DNA of 64,000 nt from Macrostomum lignano (lineage: Eukaryota). Below, piece after piece: positions 34,001-43,874 of this stretch. Below the pieces are notes generated by a model that was not told the origin of the DNA, ran no database searches, and was given only the letters and a program-made list of their open reading frames with translations. Within the stretch, counting starts at the first letter, position 1; every line of letters starts with the position of its first letter. Location: assembly GCA_002269645.1 (NCBI GenBank), contig NIVC01003187.1, forward strand, positions 49,417-113,416. Direction: 5' to 3'. Position numbers and translations under genes: made by a program.

Positions 34001-37000
34001 AGGTGACGGCCGTGGCCTTCGATCTTGTCGGCAACGTAATAACCGGGGACTCGGCTGGCCGCCTGCAACTGTGGTGTCGCGACCAAGATGACGCATTCGT
34101 GCTCAGACCAGTGGAACGACTGAATCACGCGCATTCGGTGTGTAATATCTAAATATACTAAATATTATACTAAAAATTAAAATTAAAATACTAACTCTAG
34201 CTTTAGTATAACCTGATGTGTCTATTCGATAAATCTTCGTCTAATTTATATGCTAACTTCACACAGGAGGCAATCCAATGCATGTACATTCTGGGCGATG
34301 GCGCTCTGATTTCGGTGTCGGCAAAGCGAATTCACGTCTGGGACACACTGAATGGCTACAGTCATGTCAAGGAGGCATTGGTAATTCGTCAGATTTTGCT
34401 CTTGGTTGTGCCCTGGTGTCCTGAACTTACATAGGTCCTGAAATAACTCTCTGAATTCAGACCAGCGGCCAGGTCTCGGAGGACATTGCCGCATTGGCAC
34501 TGAAGCATCCGCGTAGTCTAGACGGACGGCTGGTGGTGGCCACAACTGGCAATTGCATCCTAGAGGGCTCTCTGCACGATCAGTTTTTCTGCCTTGTACA
34601 GGTGCGGCACAGTTTTACATTAAAAAAATAAGGGGTCATATCTCTACCTTTTGAATTAATACTCGCACAACAGGGTCATAAATCGTCCTCAAACGCTAAC
34701 GGTTTGATTGTGAGCGCCCATCCGAGTGAGCCGGATCTGGCAACCTGCGGCGGCGCCGACGACGACATGTCAGTCTGCCGTTGGTCGGCCAGTCAGTGCC
34801 GCTTGGTCTGGCGGGTTGCCGTCGAAGACGCCTGCTCTAGCGCGGCCTACCATCCTCGAGGCCACCTGCTACTGCTGGGCACGGCCACGGGTCGGATAGT
34901 GGCACTGCAGCATGCGCGCGGGGAGTACGCCATATCCTGTCAGGTCACCGAACGAGGCCAGGCCGTTGTGTGCGTCCGTTTTAGCAGCAGTAAGTGACAT
35001 GCTTTGGAATTCCTTTGTAATGGAAAAATGTTGCTGACAGTAATTTGAATACGAGCGTACAAAGCTATCAAAATCAGCAATGCGACTGTTATGATTGATG
35101 CCATCAAGGTTCTTTCCTTCTTCGACGCTTCTGTTTAGTTCAATAAGTTTTGTTTTCAAACCTGAGATGAGACGCGTCTATAAAGTACCCGCCTAACCCA
35201 ACTCCGTGCTGCCAAGACGGCCGTCTGCTGGCCCTGGGCACCAGCGACGGGCGAATCTACATGATGTCTGTCGAAGACAACGGACTCGTTTATCGAAAAT
35301 ACCGTCAAGGAACTCTGACCGGCCACTCAAGTCCGGTGGTCCGGCTGGACTTTTCAGTGGATTCAGCCACCCTTCGAAGTCAGTCTGAGGACTTGGAAGT
35401 CAGATTCTGTAAGTCTGTGATGAAAATTGGATTCTTGTCGAGTTTACAAGTCAAAAAGCCGCGAGTCTTTCTAGCTGTTCGCTGGTGCTTTAACTCTGCA
35501 CGCAGGGTCGGTGCCAAACATGTCTGAGGTCCCTGGCGCGGAATCCGTCAGTAACGTGAGATTCTCCACCGAGACATGCTCACTGAGTTACTATCACGCT
35601 GCAGCTTGGCAGCTTCATCAAGCCAGTTCAGACACTGGCATCACAGCCTCGTGCCTGTCCGGTCACGGAGACCTGCTCTGTGCTGGCGACAGCGCAGGAC
35701 AAGTGAGCATCTTCCGCTATCCAACGCATCCACTACAGGTGAGCCAGCAAAGCTGAGTGGTAGACGAAGGAATATCATCTGGCTGGGTTATTTTGCAATG
35801 GCCTTACTTCCCTATCCCACAAATTATGGTTTACTTTGAGGTAACCTTAAAAGGTCATTTCGATGCAATCAAAGGGTATTGCGATCAACTACTCGTAGTA
35901 TAGAGTACAAATGAAGCATAGACATTTGTGACTCGTTTCGAAAAGTAACCCACCCTCAAGACATCAAGTTTCATTATACCTTAGTAGCTTCGTTAAGGGT
36001 GATTTGTAGCATCAACTAATAGTACGCCGCTAAAGTTTTATAAGTTAACATTGTATATGTCAGTTCTACATGAAACCGCGAATGGCATGAAATGGCGTGA
36101 AACCGTGAATGGCTCATTAAATCAGCTACATGTATGGTTCCTTAGATTGTCTCATCCTACTCGGATAACTGTGGAACATCTAGAGCTATTACGTGCTTAC
36201 AAGCCCTGACCTCACGGGAGGGGCGCATTTATTAGATCAAAACCAATCGGGGCTTGCCGCGTCTGCGTGGTGACTCTGGATAACTTTTGTGCTGATCGTA
36301 TGGCCTCTGCGCGGGCGAAGTATCTTTCAAGTGTCTGCCCTATCAACTTACGATGGTTTTAGGTGATTTGCCTACCATGGTTATAACGGGTAACGGAGAA
36401 TCAGGGTTCCATTCCGGAGAGGGAGCCTGAAAAACGGCGTGCACTTTAGCAGCGTACTATTAGTTGATGCTACAGATTAAGCTGAGTGATTATCGGTGAC
36501 TCGAGATTAAGGCTTGTCTTTTTCATTTGGTTTTTACATGTAAAACTCACACTGGAGACGAGAAGAGAGATGAGAAATCAGTGGAGAGAAGAGTAGAGAG
36601 AGGAGAGAAGAGAGGAGAAGGGAAATGAGAGGAGAGAAGGGAGAGAAGAAGAGAGAGGAAAATGGAGAAGAGAGGAGAGAAGAGAAGGGAAAGGAGAGGA
36701 TAGGATAGGATAGGATAAGATAGGATAGGAGAGGAGAGGAGAGGAGAGGAGAGGAGAGGAGAGGAGAGGAGAGGAGAGGAGAGGAGAGGAGAGGAGAGGA
36801 GGGGAGAGAAGAGGAGAGGATAGGAGAGGAGAGGAGAGGAGAGGAGAGGAGAGGAGAGGAGAGGAGAGGAGAGGATAGGAGAGGAGAGGAGAGGAGAGGA
36901 GAGGAGAGGAGAGGAGAGGAGAGGAGAGGAGAGGAGAGGAGAGGAGAGGAGAGGAGAGGAGAGGAGAGGAGAGGAGGGGAGAGGAGAGTAGGGAAGAGGA

Positions 37001-37351
37001 GAGGAGAGGAGATATCAGAGAAGAGACACGAACCTTGAGTGCGCTGGATTGCTATTATGGATTTCCTACAGACCCAAAGGCCAAATAGAGAGGCTTGTCG
37101 GGCCGCATGTGGCCTGCTGGCCGGAGTTTGTTAACCCCTGTATGTGGCTCGTATATAAACGAACCCGCCCTGTGCTTAAACCCCCACCCTTCCAATCTAC
37201 CACCATACAGAGCCAGTGCGTGACCTCCGACGCTCTGGTGTCGTCAGTTCGCGATTTGATGTTCGCATTCGGCGACTCCAGACTGCTGGTCACGGACAGA
37301 GAGGCCGCTTCGCTGATGCAGTGGAGTCTGGTGCCGGAGCGGCGCTCCTGA
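31098..37351 (+). CDS. DCX-EMAP: DCX-EMAP-like protein: two doublecortin domains, Q/P-rich linker, HELP motif, WD40 (TAPE) domain. Exons approx. 31098-31379, 31660-32127, 32200-32644, 32732-32881, ~32925-33192, 33537-34137, 34267-34380, 34461-34601, 34674-34989, 35217-35408, 35506-35738, 37211-37351
   Basis: DCX motif VTFYRNGDPHFRG...GVRHVF; second DCX-like block ending FIACGQE; HELP motif LHLDWVYG; WD repeats (IASGQ, VITGDSAG, LTGHSSPVVRLDFS, SIFRYP); GT-AG sites with consistent phases; the 32881-32925 junction is less certain. Confidence 0.88.
36005..36474. mobile_element. 470-bp non-autonomous TIR element (32-bp TIRs, TGT...ACA ends, GATT duplication) carrying an 18S rRNA fragment
   Basis: TGTAGCATCAACTAATAGTACGCCGCTAAAGT (36005-36036) vs ACTTTAGCAGCGTACTATTAGTTGATGCTACA (36443-36474), 1 mismatch; GATT at 36001-36004 and 36475-36478. 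Confidence 0.85.
36071..36438 (+). pseudogene. 18S rRNA (fragment): Degenerate fragment of 18S rRNA 5' domain (about 370 bp), not a functional rRNA gene
   Basis: Conserved SSU motifs GAATGGCTCATTAAATCAG, GGATAACTGTGG, CTGCCCTATCAACT, CCTACCATGG, GGAGAATCAGGGTTC.ATTCCGGAGAGGGAGCCTGA, with small insertions and substitutions; no rDNA flanks. Confidence 0.93.
36560..37140. mobile_element. (GAGAG)n microsatellite followed by the right end of a hAT-like MITE (same family as 39846-40369); left end not seen
   Basis: ...ATAGAGAGGCTTGTCGGGCCGCATGTGGCCTGCTGGCCGGAGTTTGTTAACCCCTG matches the 3' end of the 39846 copy. Confidence 0.7.
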
Positions 37352-37764
37352 GCATCAACGATGTACTCATAAATATTACCTTTATTTACCGTTTGTATTG
37401 ATACAAATAAAATTCCTTGATATTAATAATACAATAACAGTTTTTCTGTAATTTTACTCGTTCGGATGTTTTATTTTTGCGAGCACAAGAATCTAAATAT
37501 ATATTTTTCATTTTGCTTCGATGCTCCGAATGTCTAAACAATCTGTTTTCAAAGTTAGGAACAGGTTTTCGAAAAAGCTGTTAGCCGGGTAGGAATCGTG
37601 GAGTGTCAGCGTTTACTTTGCAGCAAGCGGTGTCACTGTCTTTTAAGCGCATGTAAGCTTAAATATTAATAACGTGAAAATAAATTTAATCGAAACGAGA
37701 AAAAATTAATGACCAGTCAAAAGGCATTTACATTGACTGGCTTTCCGAATTGGAAAATTTAATA

Positions 37765-39180
37765 ATGAGACACTGAGGTCATGAGACAGTACAAACAGTG
37801 AATCAGGACATTGGAAAATGAGACCCACACGGAGGTCACGAGACAGCACAAACAGTGAATCAGGACATTGGAAAATAAGACACACTGAGGTCATGAAACA
37901 GCACAAACAGTGAATCAGGACATTGGGAAATGAGACACACACGGAGGTCATGGGACAGCACAAACAGTGAATCAGGACATTGGAAAATGAGACCCACACG
38001 GAGGTCATGAGACAGCACAAACAGTGAATCGGGACATTGGGAAATGAGACACACACTGAGGTCACGAGACAGCACAAACAGTGAATCAGGACATTGGGAA
38101 ATGAGACCCACACGGAGGTCATGAGACAGCACAAACAGTGAATCGGGACATTGGGAAATGAGACCCACACTGAGGTCACGAAACAGCACAAACAGTGAAT
38201 CAGGACATTGGAAAATGAGACACACTGAGGTCATGAGACAGTACAAACAGTGAATCGGGACATTGGAAAATGAGACCCACACGGAGGTCATGAGACAGCA
38301 CAAACAGTGAATCGGGACATTGGAAAATGAGACACACACTGAGGTCACGAGACAGCACAAACAGTGAATCGGGACATTGGAAAATGAGACACACACTGAG
38401 GTCGCGAGACAGCACAAACAGTGAATCAGGACATTGGAAAATGAGACACACACTGAGGTCATGAGACAGTACAAACAGTGAATCAGGACATTGGAAAATG
38501 AGACACACACTGAGGTCATGAGACAGCACAAACAGTGAATCAGGACATTGGAAAATGAGACCCACACGGAGGTCATGAGACAGCGCAAACAGTGAATCAG
38601 GACATTGGAAAATGAGACCCACACGGAGGTCATGAGACAGTACAAAACAGTGAATCAGGACATTGGGAAATGAGACACACATTGAGGTCATGAGACAGCA
38701 CAAACAGTGAATCAGGACATTGGAAAATGAGACACACACTGAGGTCATGAGACAGCACAAACAGTGAATCAGGACATTGGAAAATGAGACCCACACGGAG
38801 GTCATGAGACAGCACAAACAGTGAATCAGGACATTGGGAAATGAGACCCACACGGAGGTCATGAGACAGCACAAACAGTGAATCGGGACATTGGAAAATG
38901 AGACCCACACGGAGGTCATGAGACAGCACAAACAGTGAATCGGGACATTGGAAAATGAGACACACACTGAGGTCATGAGACAGTACAAACAGTGAATCAG
39001 GACATTGGAAAATGAGACACACACTGAGGTCATGAGACAGCACAAACAGTGAATCGGGACATTGGAAAATGAGACACACACTGAGGTCGCGAGACAGCAC
39101 AAACAGTGAATCGGGACATCGGGAAATGAGACCCACACGGAGGTCATGAGACAGTACAAACAGTGAATCAGGACATTGGG
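37765..39180. repeat. 57-bp minisatellite, about 25 copies, between the convergent 3' ends of DCX-EMAP and the ankyrin gene
   Basis: GAGGTCATGAGACAGCACAAACAGTGAATCAGGACATTGGAAAATGAGACACACACT, period 57 measured directly. Confidence 0.96.
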
Positions 39181-39299
39181 AGAACGAGACACTGACACGA
39201 ACCCGTACTTACGCTGTCGTAGAGATTGTCCTGACAAATGGCACCAGCTTAGCTGAATTCTTATATTTGTAAAATGGTTTTGACGCCTGCACGCTTTGT

Positions 39300-41202
39300 T
39301 CAAAGCTGCAGAGACACCCCTTCAACAGGCGGGTAGCATGGGATTCTGTCCAGGATGCGGCGCAACTCGTCCTGCACGTGTGGAAGATCAGCGGCCTGCT
39401 TGATTCGGCCTTGCAGCGAAGCCTTTGGCGTCTGGTAGAGCTTGTTCAAGGCGTACATGCCGTCCGCTCCGAACGGGTCCTGGTTAAGCACCTCGTCTAG
39501 GATAGCGTTGATGACGCGCGGCGAAGACTTCAGCATAGCGTAGTGCAGATGGTTGCATCGCTCGTTTAGGTCGCCGCACAGGTGATGCATCTGGGCGCCG
39601 TGGAGTACTAGCGGAGAGATCAGCTCAATGAGGCGCTCCGACTTCAGACACAGGGACAGCGGAGTCTTAATACGCGTAGAGCATAATATTTGCTACCAGT
39701 TAGTGCTACGAATTGCTTTTATTGGATTCAGATGGTGACTTGGTTGGGGAAATTACTTCACAGGAGTGTTTGGGTTAAGGTATATGGTTTCAAAATCTTT
39801 GGAGCGAGGTTTTCAATGTTATACGACTTTGCCATTGCCCTAAAGCAGGGGTCGGGAAAGCAGGGACCGGAGCAGGGAAAGAAGAGACAATAGTAGGGAG
39901 ATCAGAAAAGGAAAGGCGAGAGAATAAAGGAGAAGCGAGGAGACGAGAGGGGAGAGGAGTGATGAATAGAAGAAGAGAGAAGAAGAGAGAGGAGAGAAGA
40001 AGAGAGAGGAGAGAGGAGAGAGGAGAGAGGAGAGATGAGAGAGAGGAGAGGAGAAAGTAGAGGAGAGGAGGAGATCAGGGGAGATGAGACGAGATGAGAC
40101 GAGAAGAGACGAGAGGAGAGGAGAGGAGAGGAGAGGAGAGGAGAGGAGAGGAGAGGAGAGGAGAGGAGAGGAGAGGAGAGGAGAGCAGAGAAAAGAGGAG
40201 AGAGGAGAGAAGAGGAGCGGAGGGAGGAGATAAGAGAGAAAAGCGCTGAGAGAGACTTAAACATTGTGCGGCCCGTGTTGCTAATGTGAAGCTTCAAAGG
40301 AGGCGAGGGCCGGATAGAGAGGCTTTGCGAGCCGCATGTGGCCCACGGGCCGGAGTTCGCCGACCCCTGCCCTAAATTCTCACCCGTCCAAACTTGTTGG
40401 GCATATTAACGTAGACGGACACGAATCCAAGCTTGTCCAGTTCAGTCAGAATGCTCTTTAGCTGCCTCAACAGTTCGCTGCTCGACTTCAGTTGATTCTC
40501 AGGTGCCTCAAGGAACCGATGAAGTGGGCTGAAAGAGAGTTGTGAATTTGTGTAGGAGAGATAGGTTTGAGAGATAGGAGTTTCTAGCAATCTAGTGACA
40601 TCTCAGAAATTCCCCTATAAGCCTTGAAATCTTGCAATTCTGCCAATTCCGCTGACTCCTGAGCACATTCAAGCGCAAGCACGCACTCATACACACGCCC
40701 ACAAAGGGTGTACAGCGGCCCTGACTTTCTAATACAGACTGGTCGGAAGTGCCGTCAAGAGCAATCTAAATACGGATGATGAGGATGGTAGGGATGAAGA
40801 TGGAAGTTGTATGGGAGTCAAGACTATAGGTAATATCTAGATGTAACCCCTAGAGTTTAGTCGCTCAAATACATAAGCCCTGACCCTAGATGTGCATTAC
40901 GTGTCCAAACTCTTGATATCCACTGTGTAGTCAATCGGCTGTCGCTTCACCAGCATCTCTTTCAGCTTCTCCTTGGTTGCAATCTGACACGTGGAGCTTC
41001 TGTTCTTCTGATCCGGCGGCTTTCCTTTCAACAGCACCACATCCTCGTTGGCCTCAACCGGATCCTGCACGCTGATCCTGTCGAAATTCGAGCAGAAGCC
41101 GTTATATTGTGCATCGCTGCCGCCGCTGCCGCCGCTGCTGTCGCTGCTGTCGCTTCTGATGCTGTCAACTCTGCAATTGTCGTCCTGATTACCGTCCGAC
41201 AT
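39300..41202 (-). CDS. Small ankyrin-repeat protein (~270 aa); exons 41202-40901, 40528-40384, 39665-39300
   Basis: Splicing recreates ankyrin motifs across both junctions (SLDT|PLHRFL and VNMPNKFGR|TPLSLCL...LVLHGAQ); donors gtaatg and gtgaga, acceptors ttcag and ttaag; phases are consistent. Confidence 0.75.
39846..40369. mobile_element. hAT-like MITE with an internal (GAGAG)n tract, in intron 2 of the ankyrin gene
   Basis: TIRs CAGGGGTCGG / CCGACCCCTG; 8-bp flanks CCCTAAAG / CCCTAAAT (7 of 8 match, TSD-like). Confidence 0.8.
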
Positions 41203-42224
41203 GCTCTATGCTCGGAGTTTTTAAGGCTTGCAGTTCTATTCAAACACGAAGAAGATATTTCGTTTGACCCTGTGCCCGAGCGCGCCCGAGAGGCTGGGCC
41301 CGGTAAACAGATTTATGCGCAGTTGAGAGAAATAATAATTTGGCAACAGACAAGCCAACCAATGCCGCTTGCTTGTCGAGCAAGTGCTGCACTTTCCTTG
41401 CACAAGATACTCCTAAGCCACTGTGCGCTGTGCGGTGTACATTGGCCCAGCAAAACACAGCGGTTTAGAAATTTGGTTTCTGTAAAGCAAATTAATAGTG
41501 CACAACAATTGTTTAGAAGCAGAAACCGTGCCTGAATGCAAAAATAACCCAATAGAGATCAATTTTATCCTTCCGTTTCTCTGGATACCTCGGGGTTACC
41601 ATTTAACGTCTGGACTGGAAACCCACGAATAGGTACAGTCATGGCCACGAGAAGGAAGGACTCGCGCTAGCACTGATCCCAGATGCTTTTATAATATCAA
41701 TTTCTTGTGTTTTTTTATTGTCTCTGCCAGCAAATGCAGCATTGAGACACCCAGAGATTGGTACTCTGTTGGGCGACGATAAACTATCATATCGATCAAA
41801 TTGTAATAGTGAGCAAGCGTATTAATTTACTGAATAACAATGACAAGTCAAAGTCTATACCGACTACTTACTGCTCCAAGTAGAAGTTTCTGTTCATTAT
41901 AATCTTGCTTTAAAATAGTCAAGGACTTTAATAGGTATCAAAACGCTGCTTTCGTGTTTAAACGTCAATTCTGAATTATATATCGTTCTGACATATCGTT
42001 CAAGCTGATGTCAACCGACTTCCTTCCGTGGACCTGTTTCTGCCAAAGAAAACAAGAAACAAGACCGCTCTGGCTGCTTGACTGCAATACCGGCAGTGAT
42101 TTTCCAGTCAGTAAAATGCAAAAGAGAATATTATAAAATGGAAACTCTTCACTTAAGAAAAAGAAAATTCTTCTGAAAAAACACGTTTGGTCCTTGTTTT
42201 TCACATTTTTGGCTAACTCTTGTC

Positions 42225-42575
42225 TCACAGGTAAACTCTCATTATCTAATAGCGAGTCTGACTGTCTTAGAGGTAAACTCTCATTATCTAATAGCGAGTC
42301 TGACTCACAGGTAAACTCTCAGTATCTAATAGCGAGTCTGTCTCACAGGTAAACTCTCATTATCTAATAGCGAGTCTCACTGTCTTAGAGGTAAACTCTC
42401 ATTATCTAATAGCGAGTCTGACTGTCTCACAGGTAAACTCTCAGTATCTAATAGCGAGTCTGTCTCACAGGTAAACTCTCATTATCTAATAGCGAGTCTC
42501 ACTGTCTCACAGGTAAACTCTCATTATCTAATAGCGAGTCTCACTGTCTTAGAGGTAAACTCTCAGTATCTAATG
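42225..42575. repeat. ~38-42-bp minisatellite (AGGTAAACTCTCATTATCTAATAGCGAGTCT...), about 9 copies
   Basis: Direct inspection. Confidence 0.92.
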
Positions 42576-42954
42576 GAAATTCTACTGTATCTCATTTTGA
42601 ATCCCAGAAAAATGTCACAAATATTACAGAAGCCTGCCAAATTAAGCTGCAATAAATGCGGCGGCTGTTCCTGAAGCAAAGTCGCTCCCTTCACGCAGCC
42701 TCCCCCTCTGTCTCTGTCCGCAAAACACCTTTATCAGCTGGGCCCGCAGCATCCGGTCATGACCGATCTGCACGAACAGGATGCTGTGAGCTTCATCCAC
42801 CTGCTCCAACTGCGTTAATTTATAGCCAACTAGACTACCCGGGGGGACAGGAAGATTTTCAACTTTTTATATTGATTTTTTTTGTGTTAGTCAGCCTGAC
42901 TGCCTGCCGGCTGTATCTGTCAGTTCCCGAACTGCGGATGGAAGGAACGGCTCA

Positions 42955-43030
42955 CGTACATGCTGGTCGCGCACGGATTCGAACCTGGGTGTGTAGTTTG
43001 GCGCTAGGTTCAGACGCTTTATATCGCTAC
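42955..43030 (-). mobile_element. Possible degenerate tRNA-derived SINE head
   Basis: Minus strand carries a box-B-like GGTTCGAATCC; no convincing full cloverleaf. Confidence 0.3.
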
Positions 43031-43379
43031 ACTACTCAAGAGATGATATTCTAAATGATAAAGCAATAATTCCTTTTGAATTTTTATGCAAAATATTGAA
43101 GCAAAAGTGTCATGAACGCGTTCTCTTTAACCCGGACCTCTCATCCTCTTCCTCTTGAAATTATTAATCCAATCTATTCCCTCTCCTTCTCCATCTCCCT
43201 GATTCAGCTTCAGACTTTCTCCCTTTTTATCCCTGTCTGAGCGAACTTCTCTATTTTGCTCTTTACCGTTTAATTTTCACTTCTCAATATCCTCTGCTAG
43301 GTGGATTCGCTGCCGTCTCACTAATCTATCGCTGCTCTATCGCGCCTCCCTGCCCAGTCTCCACGGCTTATCGCTCGGC

Positions 43380-43620
43380 CAGCGGACGAGAGCCGGAGAC
43401 CCTGGGCCAAATAGCCAATGGCTGACCGGCGCTGTCTGGTAGATTAGGCTCGATAGACAGGATTAGCAGCGCTCCGCATCCCTGCCGCTGCCTATTCATC
43501 GGCTTCCTCTAAACCTTCCTCTTCCCTTCGTCTCCGGTTGGCTTCCCAGATCCTCAAACAGTCCCCTGCGCCCCGCCCCACTCCGCCTTTCCTCTTCCTC
43601 TTGCGCGGGCTCCTCTTCGC
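43380..43620. promoter_or_regulatory. Candidate bidirectional promoter region between the ankyrin gene (-) and SCYL2 (+)
   Basis: GC-rich island with CCAAT (GCCAATGG) and GC-box (CCCCGCCCC) words between head-to-head genes. Confidence 0.4.
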
Positions 43621-43874
43621 TCGCTCAGTCCCTATGACTGCATTTTGCCAGCAAGCTCAGAAAATCGCGCCGAAAAGCTCCAATCTGCCGAGGCGTTTTT
43701 AAAAAAAAGCCGCCGCATTTTCCTGTCCAGTTCGGTACTGAGAGATTGAGACAGTCGGTAGGCATACAAACTGGGCGGTAGCTCTGCTACTGGCTGGCTG
43801 AGCAAGCAAACAAATTTGCTTGACTGACCGGCAGCAACAAAGACTAGCAGGCCCTCCCAGTTATCGCTCTTGCA

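Noticed and set aside
36071-36438. Functional 18S rRNA gene or rDNA unit
   Set aside because: Only about 370 bp, with indels in conserved helices and no ETS, ITS or 28S around it
37706-39303. Cys-rich 160-370-aa ORFs
   Set aside because: Products of the 57-bp (19-codon) minisatellite
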